Below are positions 13,527-26,672 of a stretch of DNA of 64,000 nt, piece by piece. A program made the position numbers and the translations under genes. Source of the DNA: Yuukianura sp. NJ FZ-2021 (lineage: Eukaryota); contig CM102290.1 in assembly GCA_046563655.1 (NCBI GenBank), positions 14,632,001 through 14,696,000 on the forward strand, read 5' to 3'. The notes under the pieces are model-generated. The model did no database searches and was not told where the DNA came from. It saw nothing but the letters and a program-made list of their open reading frames with translations. The stretch's first letter is position 1, and the number at the start of each line of letters is the position of its first letter.

Positions 13527-13948
13527 AAAGACATGCGCATCATATCCAACGACTCAAACAACGACATCTTCATCCCACAATCTTTGTGTTACGCAATCAG
13601 TAGCACCAAACTAAAGTCAATCAGTAACTAATTAACGCTAAAAAGTAGTAGCTAAAAGGTTAAGGGCGGGTCAAAGGTCATCACGAAACTGTAAATAAGT
13701 GTGCCATAATTTCTGCAATGAAACAACCCACTCCTGAGGAGTTCAAAAAAAGCTCACAACGAAGTAAGAAATGGCGGGGGGAAATTCAAAGTGACTCAGA
13801 AAGAGCGGGAAAATTTGAACGAATCAGAAAAATTCAACAATCGGACAAACGCAGGTCAATCAGAAATGACAATTTTGGTGAGAAAAAGGAACAATCGCTG
13901 CTGGTTAATATTCGTAATGTACATAAATCACTGGAAATGTAGATTTAT

Positions 13949-14007
13949 AGGTCAGAGGTCAAGGTCAGTGACCTCTGGAGACTGCTAGAGGTCAAGGTCA
14001 ATGACCT
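13949..14007. promoter_or_regulatory. Cluster of nuclear-receptor AGGTCA half-sites including two perfect IR1 palindromes (ecdysone-response-element-like)
   Basis: AGGTCAgTGACCT at 13962-13974 and AGGTCAaTGACCT at 13995-14007, each preceded by further direct AGGTCA half-sites. Function is inferred only. Confidence 0.35.
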
Positions 14008-15944
14008 CTGAAAACAGACAAGGAAAAAGAGAAATATATTTAGGTATTTAGCGTTAAGTGGTTAAAAATGTTTACAATGTTTTGTGATCTCTGCCGACCC
14101 CCATCACAGACGCCCCCCTCCCCCGCCCCCCCCCAAAATTTTTTTTTTGAAAAGAGAAATGGAATTCTTCTTTCCCAGTTTTTGTTTGTTCTAAAAATCA
14201 TTTTTTGGAGAGAAAAACTTAAAACGTTTTGCTTTTACATTGTTCAGAGTCAAAATCTAATTATTTTTTAAAAGAATGTATTACTAATAATTTTTGTGTT
14301 TTTAGTAAATAATTAAATAGTTAATAATTAGATGAGAATAATTCCGAACTTACGTTCAAGCTTATAAGTGGAGTGTGTGGAAGAGTGTAGTTTGGTGGTT
14401 TTAAAGGTGGGTACCTCAAACCGTACAGTACCGTAAAGATTCTAATAGTGAACCACGTGAGGTTCCTATTTTGAAATTTGTAGGCGGTAAAGTTACGATA
14501 TAGGACCAAGTTAACAATTGTTTGCTCTTAGCCCCACCGTGATTATAACTAAATTAGTAACATTTAAAATCATCCTATTGGATATAATCACTATTTTTTG
14601 ACACTCTCTGTGCTTATACACTCTACACTTTGACTAAAAATCCTCAAAATAATGATGATTTTTATTGTAATTAATCTTGAAATTGCAAATGCATTCCGAA
14701 CTTTAACAAAAAAAAAAAGTTTTTTGCTCATAAAATTGAATTTAATTGCGGTTCGATTACAATTGAAAGGCAGGCGAACCGCAGATCAATATTTTGAAAA
14801 TGTTTTCAAAATGATTTTTTTTTGAAAAGTTAGTTTAAAGTCTTTCGGATTTAAGCCCAGTGATTAACTTTTAAGTGTAAGAGAAACAGGTACAATCATA
14901 AATGGATTTTTTGGACAGGCGCGCTATAATTTTTCAGCTTTTGAGTTGCACGTTAGCAGCTTTTCGAGAAAAAACTCCCACCATTTTTTGAAAATGTACA
15001 CTAATTTTTTTGAAAAACGAAAGTGTCAGCTTTCTCTAAAAAAAATCTCTAAACCCCTTCTGCCAAGATGTTCCATGTCGCAACAAAAAGTGAAGTCAAC
15101 AGTGAATGTTCCCGTTAACATTTCAACTCATGGGCTAACAAATGAATCATTACAAGTTAGCCTGTTGACCGTTATGGGCTAACTGTTGACCCTTATGGGT
15201 TAACCTTTGGCGGTATGATTTGAAATTGTTGTTAAGGTTAATACTTGTTTAGATTTGTACCTATACTAAAAGTACTAGAGGAACAAGGGAAATATTTTAT
15301 ATTTTTGTGTTAACCATGAGAAGTCTTACTGATGATGATCAATCGTACAACAAAAATGAGGGTGTGTCTGACTGTGTTGTCTCCCTTAAATTCCTAACTA
15401 CAAAAAAAAGCCTCTCTTCTGCCACCTTGCTAAAAGAGTGTGAAAAAGTTAATTAGTGAATGATGGTTCAACAGTTAAAACAAAAATTACACATGCTTTC
15501 ACTAGGATTACAATCTGTACTGTGTAAAAAAGGAAATCAAATCAAAAGATTATACGTAAATGTGAGAAAATATATATTAATTATACTACAATTATTTAAA
15601 ATTATCAAAAAAAAGTTAGAGTTAAATTAGGGAACTAAAAGCTTAACAACACAACCAACCACAACCTTTTACCAAATGTAATTGAGAGTTTTCAATTGTT
15701 AATTTCACACGAAATATACTACACTCCAGTCCACTTTTAAATGGTCTGTAATAAAAAAAAACTAAGCAATTGAGGTTTTTCCTATGAATCAATTTATTAT
15801 AACTTACCTTGACTTCTGACCGGCAAGTGAAATCAAGGTCTCTACTAATACGTCAACTTAGATACCAAAATGTAGAAAAAGGTAATGTCATCTTATGTTA
15901 ACAGAAAATTGGAGATTTCGTGACCTTAATAGCTGCTGCAACTT

Positions 15945-16748
15945 TTAGATGGATTCCTCTGGAGGCGGAGCTTCTGCCGGGCCCTTGGAGAAGAACGTGA
16001 CGTCATCTGCGATAATGCTGGTGGTAACATGTGCTTGACCTTGGTCGTCCTTGACCTCTCCGTAAGTAATCCGCCCTTGAACGAGAACCCGCTGCCCCTT
16101 GTTCATATAACGGTAAACACTTTCCCGGAGGTAGGGCTTGAACACGCAGATCCTGTGCCAGTCAGTTTTTTGAAGCAAATCACCTAAAAGATTCAGGATC
16201 CAAAGTTTATAAAGGAATTTAACATGGACATTGTTAATTGTAACGTTCTGGTCGTGGTTAGTGCTTACCAGAATCGTATTGGTAGTTGGCATGTGTAGCC
16301 AATGAGAAGACGACTACTGGATGCTCCTGAGATCCTCGTTTCTGTGGATCTGCTCCCACACGTCCGAGAAGTGTGACTTGATTAATGGCTACAATTGACA
16401 AAAGTTTAAGTAAAATTATTTTATTTTATTAAAATTAGTATATTTTATTTGTCAGTTCCTCACTTTTCTCTACGCGATTCACTGACGGTGCTGGACCGGC
16501 CGGTTTCGCTGAAGTTGAGCTGTTCCGAAGAAATTGAGCTCCAACCTATTCCAGGATAAAAAGTAAGGTAAGTATAAACGACATTACTCCTCACTAGCAG
16601 TTAATCTCATCATTAACAATGATAAAAGTTAGCGTAATGTTTTAACGTAACTTCTTTCCAAAAGGAAATGTTTTTCTTTTTCTATTAAAAAAACAGTGTC
16701 TTGGACCCTTACACATCGTGATGACAAGGATGACAGGTTACGCAACAT
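15945..16748 (-). CDS. mtSSB: Mitochondrial single-stranded DNA-binding protein, 4 exons
   Basis: Spliced product MLRNLSSLSSRC|VGAQFLRN..VEK|TINQVTLLGRVGADPQKRGSQEHPVVVFSLATHANY..|GDLLQKTDWHRICVFKPYLRESVYRYMNKGQRVLVQGRITYGE. SSB OB-fold motifs with an Arg/Ser-rich presequence. Confidence 0.93.
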
Positions 16749-17507
16749 CGTCTCGGCCGTTTGGTAAGTCAACGTCTATGATAAATTACTACCGTTGATA
16801 ATCAAGTTTAAGTTTATTTTAAGTTAATCGATTAGTTCAAAACTGAACTTTAAGAGGTGGATCAACACGTGATAAAAGACAACAGAACAGAAGAAAAAAA
16901 AAGAGACAAGAGAAACCAACACTTTGGCCTTAATTTTTGCGCCTTTGTATTTAAATTCAAACTCAATTTAAAAATGTCTCAGTTTCCCCAATCCCAAATT
17001 CCCTCAGGCGTTTTTATTCTTATTTAATTCCCTTTTCACTTAATTATCAATTAATTTCCATTTAAATTCAATTAACTTTGCCATTTGGAAGTCACTGTAA
17101 CTCTACTTGCAATTTGTAGTTCATTGGTTCTCATAATCCTTCGCCCCATCCTTTCAATCTCAAGGTGAACGAGGCCGGTTGGTTTCTCAAAGGCGGGAAC
17201 CAAAAATTCGTTTTCCCTTTATCTTCTGTCGTTTTCTGTCACTTGCAGTTTCAATTGTTCTTGTTTATCTAATCAGGTTCCAGTTTTTTGTTTTCGTTTT
17301 CTACCCCACTTCTACTTGTGACTCTGAGTCATCATGCCACTTATAAAAGCCTCGATTGCATGATGCAATTTGCATCTTGCACTAATTTAGTTGTGAAGAT
17401 TAAGCATTCCTATTCTCCAGCCACTTAATTTAAGACTAATCAAGACTCTGTACCTAAATCTGCCTATGCTGAATCAAGAATAGATCTCGTATTTGTTCTT
17501 ATTCCAA

Positions 17508-20500
17508 ATGGCACCCACGTCGGAAACTCGGACGGTAGATGAAGACGATGGTTTAGCGGCGGTTTTTGACGAGGAGCCTAGCAGCGATAATGACGATCAA
17601 AATGAAAAGGAAGAACAGGAACGACAACTCTTGCTAAACACAAGGAATTACCAAGTAAATAACATTCTACAGCTATGTATTCGGCGTTTACAAGGTCCTA
17701 CATGGTTTTTGTTTTTCACTATTCAGTTGGAGTTGTTTGAAATGGCAAAGGTCAAGAATGTCATCATTTGTTTGCCGACTGGCTCCGGGAAGACCTGGAT
17801 TGCCATGCTCTTGGCAAAGCACTACTATCCTGGATGTGTACAGTAGGGCTAACTGGAGATTCTGTGTAACGATGTGGCATCATTCCATGTACGAATGTTT
17901 TTTTTGTTGGTTACAGGCATAAAAAGAAGATTATTTTCTTGGCAAACACGGTGCAGCTTGTAGAGCAACAGTGTGACTACTTTAAACGATATTTTGACAC
18001 GGATCGAGTGGACCATTTCATAGGAGCGATGGGTGTAGACAACTGGCGCGCTGAAGGGAAATGGCCGGGCAAACTGGACGCAAAAGATGTCAGTTTCCGA
18101 ACTTACGTTGTTTATTCAGAGTTCTTGTAATTGCTAATTACTTTTTTAATTACTAGATCTTTGTAATGTCTACTCAAATTTTTCTGGACATTTTGAATAA
18201 GGAGTTGCACTACAGAGACGTCTGTTTGCTAATCCTTGATGAATGTCATCATGCCAAGAAACAACATCCCATGAAGCGGGTTAGTTTTACCAAGGTTCCT
18301 TGACAACGAAAAGTTAATTTTCTTTAGCAGGTTGGATACTACCTCGCTTGCTGACAAAAAAAAATTAGTGCCAATTCGTATGCAAAATTTTTAAAAAATT
18401 AGCTGCGTTGTTATGACTATGATGCCCCGAAATGAAAAGATAGTTTTTTTTTACACAATAAATCAAAAAGAAACATGAGGTATTACCCAACATGCTAAAG
18501 AAAATCAAAAGTAAACAAACCTTGAGTTTTACCTTGTACCTGATTTGGTTACTTTTTCTAAATCGTTTTTTATGATGTCATAGGTAATGGATATCCACAA
18601 TCAATGTTCACGCTCAGGAGTGTCTCCACTACCAAGAGTACTTGGACTCACAGCATGTGTCGCTCCTAGCTCAAAGAAAGGACAGGACGGATTCTATGTT
18701 CAGATGAGGGACCTTGAGAGTACTCTCAAAGCCAGGGCAGTTACGTCTATTCGTTGCAAAGAAGTGAAACAGTAAGTTTCTATAGCAGTTAGCCTAACAT
18801 GAATTCTGGTATTGTCACTTTAATTGATTACTGAACTCTGACTCTACGTTTGTTTTGGTAGGTATTCGACCAATGCCACAATCAGAGTAGAGACCTATTC
18901 AGGCATGTTGTGGGATGACACATACAATTTACTTGGCAGCAAGATTGAACAATTCGAGGCTTTCAGCATCATGGCCGAAGACCATCCGTCGGTTAGAGCA
19001 ATTTTACGGGAATACAACGTGAGAGATTCTCAACGCTATACTAAGGACCGTGACATGATTCGCACATTGGTGCGTAACATTCAAGAAATCCAGAGTCTGT
19101 ATTCAACTCTAGGTTGGTCCAATTCTAGGAATTTTTTAAACTCAATTTCAATGTGCTTGAATTAACATACGAAGTTTGTATGTTGCTGTAGGTCCAGTTA
19201 GTGCTGAGCATGGAGTGAAGTTGCTGCGGATGGAGCTCAAAGATTTGCGAAAGAAAGTGGCCATCATGAATTCGAGGGAGGTGGCTCGCCTCATTCTCGA
19301 CGTTTATGATACCTGGCTGCTAACGATGGAATTAAGCTTGACCAAGATCCGCCGCAGTGGGTGCCCGGAACACTCACCCAAATTGATTTTATTAGCTAAC
19401 GAACTCTACAAGAAAAAGTACGGACAGTTTTTTTTAACAAAAAATTCCAAAGTTTGATAATTTGCTGAACATATTTTAAAAGTTTGTTCATTGTCGTCCT
19501 AATTGTTTTTTTCTTACCCTTGTGATTCCAGAGATTGTAAAGACCTGTGTGCCATCGTATTCATCCAAAAGCGTCTCGACTGCCAAGTTGTCCAGCTTAT
19601 CATGAATGTGAGTGTGGAAATCATTTTAAAAGTACTTTTGATTTAATTGCTAGTTAGTATTTCTTTTTTTCCAGAAATTTGCGGAGAATTATCCCAACGA
19701 GTGGGGTTTTTTGAGATCGAATTATGTAATTGGTGCGCGGAATGATCCAACTCTGGACGAAAACGAAGCAAAAGTGTCACAAGCCCTACAGAAAAGGACC
19801 ATCCAAGAGTAAGTTTTTGACCTTTAACTTTGAAATTTTACATTTCAAGTGAAAAGTTGTTAAGTTTGAAAGTAAAACTTTATTTATCCTGTAGGTTCAG
19901 AGATAAGAAGTACAACGTCGTATTTTCAACGTCAGTTTTGGAAGAAGGGCTGGACGTTCCGTCGTGTAACCTTATCATCCGTTTTGACCAAATTCAAATC
20001 TACCAGTCTTTTGTCCAGTCCATGGGACGTGCTCGACATAAAGACGCTCATTTTGTCATCTTGTGTTCAGAAGCTGAAAAAGCGAGTCAGTTGGCGATTG
20101 TGAATGAATACCAAGCATTCCGTGACTCAGTTGCAAACGCTTTGATTCTAAATGCTGACTGCCTGGAAGTCGATATCAATCCTGACATTACTCCAGACGA
20201 ACTTCCGCCGCTATGTCCAGGAGGAACTCCAGAAAGTCCGAGATTGACTTCTTATGATGCCATATCCACTGTCTACATGTAAAATTTTGAGTTGATTTTC
20301 ATTTTTTTAAAAAAAGTTTATGAATTGGAGGTTTTATTGAAAATTTTGGTTTTTAGTTACTGCTCACTGCTAAGTGCTTACTCAGTTGAAATGATGGGAG
20401 CCAACCGTCCGGTCGATTGGTATGAAGAGATTCCAGATCCTGGGGGTAGACTCCCGTCGAGATACATTGCATATCTGGTGTTACCAAAACAGTCTGGAAT

Positions 20501-23500
20501 CAAGGGGAAAATAACGGTGAGCATTAATCTTGTGCTGATGAAATTAGTGCTTAGTAAAAACGTTTTAGTAAAAAAATGAGTGTGCTAAAATCTTTGCTGG
20601 ATGTTTGTCTTTGACAGGGCCATGTAATGCCAACGAAAGAAGGAGCCAAACGGGCAGTACACTTGGAAACATGCAAACGTCTGTATTCCGAGGGAGCTTT
20701 GGATAACAATCTTCGTCCGTTTAGGATCACTTTGGATGAAAAAGTGTTGCATCAGTTCATACGCCCTGCTCATCCTGGCAGTGGATTACCAAAGAAATGG
20801 CTCAAGACTGCTGTAAGTTTGAAAAAAAAATGTTAAGAAACTATTTTTAAAAATCAATTGGGGAGTTCTGAATTCCACGAATCAGTTTTTTTTTAAATTT
20901 AGATTCCGCATCATTTGAATTTGGCGACTACAGAGGGAGAAACGTACTTTGTGTACGAACTTCAGATTCACAGAATTGATGCCGAAGGGAATCCAGTTGA
21001 ACCATCAGCTGACCGTCCTAAAGAGAAGCTGTTTGACTACAAAGACAAACTCTATTCGACAGGAATACTTTCAGCAGTATCCTTGGACATGGTCAGTTTC
21101 AAAGCTTTTCAGAAAATTTAGATTTTCAGACAAATTGAAACAGTTTTCCGTTGATTTTTCTATTTTTGTTGTTTTCATAGATCCCGCCATTCAAACTGGA
21201 ATGCTCACGCGGAACGCTTGCAGTGAAGTTGCACAACCTTACGGAAAATGAACTGATGCCACCAATCAGATTGACTTCCGGACAACGTGAGCAATTGAAG
21301 GCTTATCAGCGCAATATCTTCGTGAACATGCTTGGAATGAAATTGAAGCACTTGAAGCAAGTTGGGGATTCAGCGATCTGGGTCGTTCCGATTCGGAAAT
21401 GTGAGAAAAGTGGTAGCGTAACAATTTAAAGTTCGACATTTTCAAGTAGTATTGAATGCTGGACGATATTTTTGTTGTTTTCAACAGTTGGATATTTTAA
21501 TTATTGCATCGACTACAAGCTGATGCAAGAATTTGGAGCTGAGTATGCTTCTGGAAGCCTCGATGCGAAGTATGACGCTAGAATTCCCGAGAACGAGAGA
21601 GTTTTTCCAGAAGATGATACTGAATTCCGTGCAAAACGCGGATACGCTGATGCTGTTGTGATCCCATGGTGCTTTAGAGATGATGATCCTAATCATGTAA
21701 ATAGTTCCTCAAAAATATTTTCATTTTTTGAAAACTTTCATTTTTTCGAAATTTCACATGCTTTAACTTTTTTTTCAATAGAAAAAGGAGAAACGAATGT
21801 TCTGTGTCCTGGGCGTATCGAACTTGACAGAAGAAAGTCCGTCTCTGTCTCATTTGCAGCAACAGAAAGGCGACGGCATGAAAACGTTTAAGGACGAAGC
21901 CTGGGAGAAATACAACGTCAGAGTGACCAGAACTGGACAAAATCTACTGGAATGTGCCAAAATAGGAGAGACACTGGATTACTTGAAGGAGAATGACGAC
22001 GGAACGGGACAGCCGAAGAGAGAGAAGAAAAAGCACAACGACGTGCTCCATTACATTCCAGAGTTGATGCGAGTTTTTTCACTGCCAGCGTCACTGTTTA
22101 CGCAAGCCAAGATGCTGCCAGCCATACTGCATCGGATCAATCGGTTCCTCCATGCCATGGAGTTGGGGTTGCAAATTTCTGGTGAAGTTGGAGGAGAACT
22201 GAGACGTACGTTTGGTTTTGAAATTAAATGATTAGTTTAACGTTTTAAATACGTTTGTTAGTTTTTTTTAAATGTTTTAGTTCCGACTTATCGGCTGAAC
22301 GATCGCTGGGCTTACAACGAAATTGTTGGAGAACCGAACAAACTCAAAAATGGTAAATTGTCGACATAAGTCCAATTCTTACTAAATAATTTTAACTAAA
22401 TTTTAATTAAGTTTAACCGAAAAATTTTGTTTTCGTTTTACCATTAGACGTGAAGACCGAAGACATTGTGAAATTTTCGTACCCCAAGAGACCCGAAACG
22501 GACAGCTTTACAGAACACAGTCATCAGTCGATTCAACGAGGATACAAGCGTCAACGCATGGACTCTGGCAACAACCGTAACGCTCATTACTTAACCTTAT
22601 GCTTAATTAACAAACTAATTTGAGCAATTAACTTTTAAGACTTAAGCTAACAAAATCAGGAGATTATGACGAAAATGAAAAATGTCAAGGTCATCAAAAT
22701 GAAATGTTGTTTTTTAGTTGGGGACTGGACGGTCGCTAGTTTGAGGAAGTTGAGCTTGGCTGATCGTGAACGCAGCGAAATGGATACGATCTTCTTTCCT
22801 CCTGTGTATGAACTTTTGGAAGTAAGTTTTTTTTAATTCAAGCTGTTAGAGTTGACCTGTGACCTCTGTTTTTTTGTCTCTTTTAGGCCATTACAACTAA
22901 AGGAGCTCATGATCGCATGAACTTGGAGCGTTTGGAGGTCATCGGAGACTCCTTTTTGAAGTACACTGCGACCATGTCCATCTTTCCAATGTTTTCTGGA
23001 TGTAATGAAGGTCAACTGAGTCAGATCAGGTCAAAGGTCGTGTGCAATGAGAACTTGAAGTGGCTAGGAGAGAGTAAAGGGCTCGCGGGAATACTGGCTG
23101 GAGGAATGTTTGAACCGAAAGACAACTTTTTACCGCCGTCGTTTTTGGCCAATGAGAAGGTGGCCATGGTGGCCATGAAGAGTGGACGGGCTCATGATAT
23201 CCTGGAAGGCTTGGATGTTACATATGTCGAGGTATGCGTCATAATTTTTTTTAGTTTATGAACACAAGATCTCGTTTTCTCATTCTTTTTTGAATTTCAG
23301 AACGCAACTGAGGAGGATTTGATTGAATATGCAAAATCTGAAGTAAGTTTTTTTCTATGCTGAAGGTCAATGCTCAATTGAGTTTGCACTGAAGACGTTT
23401 TTTTTTTATAATGCAGGACATTGTGGTCAATAATTCTTCCAAAAGTATGTTCCCGGGCTTTTCTGAGCTGAAGGAGAAAGATGTTGCTGACTGCGTGGAA

Positions 23501-24868
23501 GCAGTGATTGGTGCCTATTACTTGACTGGAGGCGAATCAAGTGCTCTGCATGTTATGGATTGGTTTGGAATTCGATACCCCGATAAAGAAGGCAACTTGA
23601 TGGCCATTGGACCACCGGATTTGGCAGCATTTACTGCCGCCAGAGGCACGACCAATCAGGCTCCGAATGACATAACGAACCTTGTTCCGCTACTGGCTAC
23701 TATTGAGGAGATACTGGGACACAAGTATGCTGTTGTCTTGGTTGCAGTTGAGAGTTCGTGGTTCAAAGTATAACGATGTGCTGCTTGTCTGAATTTCAGA
23801 TTTAAGGACCCATTGCTCCTTCTGGAAGCCCTTACGCATCCAAGTGATCACCAGAATCAGCTGACTGGCAGTTTCGAGAGACTTGAGTTCCTTGGAGACG
23901 CAGTTCTCGGTAAGAAATCATGAATTTCATGTAATCACATGAAAAATGCATTTCATGAAAAATTTTGAAAACGATTTTTCAGATTTCCTGATCACTCGTC
24001 ATGTTTACAACAAGTTCTTGGCCAAAGGACCTGGCGAAATAACGGATCTGCGCAGTGCGTTGGTGAACAACGTCACTTTTGCAACTTTGGCTGTTCGCTA
24101 TGGGTTTCAGAAGATGATTCTGAACAGTTCCAACGCTTTTGATTCGCTTGTACAGAAGTTTGTTGACTTTCAAGACACGAACGAGCACCAAGCCACTGGA
24201 CATGTAAGAATCTTACAATTTCAGATTCACGATTCAAATGAAGTTAATGCAACTAAAAGTAAAGTAAAAAGTTGTATTTAAATTTAAATTGTTTTAGATC
24301 AAAATACTGAATGACTGTGGAACGGAGAAGGCTGAGAATATTGACGTTCCGAAGGCACTTGGAGACGTTTTCGAGTCAATTTGTGGAGCTGTTTTTATGG
24401 ACACTGGACTAGATCTTGAGGAGACTTGGAAATGCTTTTATCCGTTGATGAGTACCGAGATAGGTTTGTGTTTTTTAAAATTCAATCTTATGTAAACTGA
24501 CTGAGTTTGCTTGAGAAAATTTGTCTAATTTTCTAAATTTTGTTGCAGAGATGTTTTCCAAGTGCTGTCCAAAGGCACCAATTCGGGAAATTGGAGAACG
24601 CGGATACAAGGCCGAGTAAGGAACTTTGCGAAGTTGATTTTTTAACACGCATTTTGAATTCAAATTCAATGTTGCAACAGTGTTACATTGTTATCGTTTT
24701 GCTTTTAGGGTGAAGGTGAGAGAGGACGGTGTGACTGAATGCACTGTGACGATTCCCTCGGGACCATTTGCTGGCCAAGGGCCGTTCATTGGCGTAGGAA
24801 AAAGCAAGAAGAGTGCTAAAGATGCTGCTGCGAAGTTCACTATGCGGAAGTTGCCTTCCAGACAATGA
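17508..24868 (+). CDS. Dcr-2: Dicer, Dicer-2-like (intact DExH helicase, DUF283/PAZ region, two RNase III domains, dsRBD), about 27 exons
   Basis: Walker [36 protein letters not shown]. RNase IIIa [14 protein letters not shown]...[13 protein letters not shown]. RNase IIIb [16 protein letters not shown]...[16 protein letters not shown]-terminal ds[18 protein letters not shown]. Dcr-2 rather than Dcr-1 is inferred from the intact helicase motifs and divergence. Confidence 0.88.
18317..18505. mobile_element. Probable MITE / inverted repeat in a Dicer intron
   Basis: ATTTTCTTTAGCAGGTTGGATACTACCTC ... GAGGTATTACCCAACATGCTAAAGAAAAT, a ~29-bp imperfect inverted repeat. This intron is much longer than its neighbours. 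No clear TSD seen. Confidence 0.6.
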
Positions 24869-25071
24869 AATCCAGAGCAACTATACTAATTTCCAAAATC
24901 AAGATGAAAAAGTAGTGCTTTCCGGTAGAATTTTAAAAATTTAGAACTTTCAGAAAATTTCCATTAGTAATGTTAAGCTTTTAAGTGGTTGTGGGTTTAA
25001 GCTAGGAACTGATTCTGTGGTGCCTTGTGGATTGTATTGTGATACATCTCGAAAGCCAAAGACTTCTTCTA

Positions 25072-25272
25072 CTGTCTGTTTCAATCTCAATCGCCATTTC
25101 CCGCCACTCAATTTTAATTGAAGACCAAATTCTGTATAAAGGCTGTGAGTAACGTTAAGTCTAATTATTTAAAAACTAAGACTTGATTTGGATAATTTTG
25201 ATACTTCCTGAGAATTTGGTCTAGAATGAAAATTGAGTGGCGGGAAATGGCAATTGAGATTGAAACACACGG
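25072..25272. mobile_element. Tc1/mariner-type MITE with ~65-bp TIRs and TA TSD, just downstream of the Dicer stop codon
   Basis: TA|CTGTCTGTTTCAATCTCAATCGCCATTTCCCGCCACTCAATTTT ... AAAATTGAGTGGCGGGAAATGGCAATTGAGATTGAAACACACGG|TA. Confidence 0.8.
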
Positions 25273-25496
25273 TAGTTAATCGAAATTCCGATAATTTCTG
25301 TTCCATTTTTATAACGTCTTTTAATTTTTGTGCTAAACTGAATCATGAGGAAACTTTAGTTGAAGACAAATTAAGAGTTTTATAAGTTGATGGGATCAAA
25401 AAATTGGGACAACAATGTGTACTACAAGTACAGTAACTAGCTTTTTACAAACGTTGATGCATGGTGGGTTTGTAGAAAGCTAGGATGACGTAAACC

Positions 25497-25567
25497 GGAA
25501 TTGGATCGGTTGTAACCACACAGTGTAACCGGTGGTTACACTGAGTGGTTACAACCGATCCAATTCC
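25497..25567. repeat. Near-perfect palindrome: 34-bp stem (1 mismatch), 3-nt loop
   Basis: GGAATTGGATCGGTTGTAACCACACAGTGTAACC-GGT-GGTTACACTGAGTGGTTACAACCGATCCAATTCC. Confidence 0.9.
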
Positions 25568-25721
25568 CGTTCACCGCTACTGAGAAATACTGTGAGTGGT
25601 TGAAAGGGTTGCAATAAACATTATAACACTTATATTCCAAAAAGTAAATATTATTTAAATAAAAAAAAAATTTTAACGAGTAAGAATGGAGTTTATTTTT
25701 ATATGGAGTTTATTTAATTCA

Positions 25722-26672
25722 GTTAAAAGTTTAGTAGGAAAATCACTCTTTTTAAATAACATAATTCCAAATTCCAAAACGTTAAAAGTTTAGTAGGAAA
25801 ATCACTCTTTTTGAATAACATAATTCCAAATTCCAAAACGTTAAAAGTTTAGTAGGAAAATCACTCTTTTTAAATAACATAATTCCAAATTCCAAAACGT
25901 TAAAAGTTTAGTAGGAAAATCACTCTTTTTGAATAACATAATTCCAAATTCCAAAACGTTAAAAGTTTAGTAGGAAAATCACTCTTTTTAAATAACATAA
26001 TTCCAAATTCCAAAACGTTAAAAGTTTAGTAGGAAAATCACTCTTTTTAAATAACATAATTCCAAATTCCAAAACGTTAAAAGTTTAGTAGGAAAATCAC
26101 TCTTTTTAAATAACATAATTCCAAATTCCAAAACGTTAAAAGTTTAGTAGGAAAATCACTCTTTTTGAATAACATAATTCCAAATTCCAAAACGTTAAAA
26201 GTTTAGTAGGAAAATCACTCTTTTTGAATAACATAATTCCAAATTCCAAAACGTTAAAAGTTTAGTAGGAAAATCACTCTTTTTAAATAACATAATTCCA
26301 AATTCCAAAACGTTAAAAGTTTAGTAGGAAAATCACTCTTTTTAAATAACATAATTCCAAATTCCAAAACGTTAAAAGTTTAGTAGGAAAATCACTCTTT
26401 TTGAATAACATAATTCCAAATTCCAAAACGTTAAAAGTTTAGTAGGAAAATCACTCTTTTTGAATAACATAATTCCAAATTCCAAAACGTTAAAAGTTTA
26501 GTAGGAAAATCACTCTTTTTAAATAACATAATTCCAAATTCCAAAACGTTAAAAGTTTAGTAGGAAAATCACTCTTTTTAAATAACATAATTCCAAATTC
26601 CAAAACGTTAAAAGTTTAGTAGGAAAATCACTCTTTTTAAATAACATAATTCCAAATTTCTAAACGTTAAAA
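25722..26672. repeat. Tandem satellite, 16 copies of a 59-bp unit
   Basis: Unit GTTAAAAGTTTAGTAGGAAAATCACTCTTTTT(A/G)AATAACATAATTCCAAATTCCAAAAC. Only one variable position until the last copy. No unique spacers. Confidence 0.97.

Noticed and set aside
14424..14490. TACCGTAAA...GCGGTA weak inverted repeat (similar ends near 10580-10683 and 63585-63660)
   Set aside because: Too degenerate to define as an element; possibly old Tc1/mariner MITE remnants.
25722..26672. CRISPR-like appearance of the regular 59-bp array
   Set aside because: Units are contiguous with no unique spacers, there are no cas genes, and the context is eukaryotic. It is a satellite.
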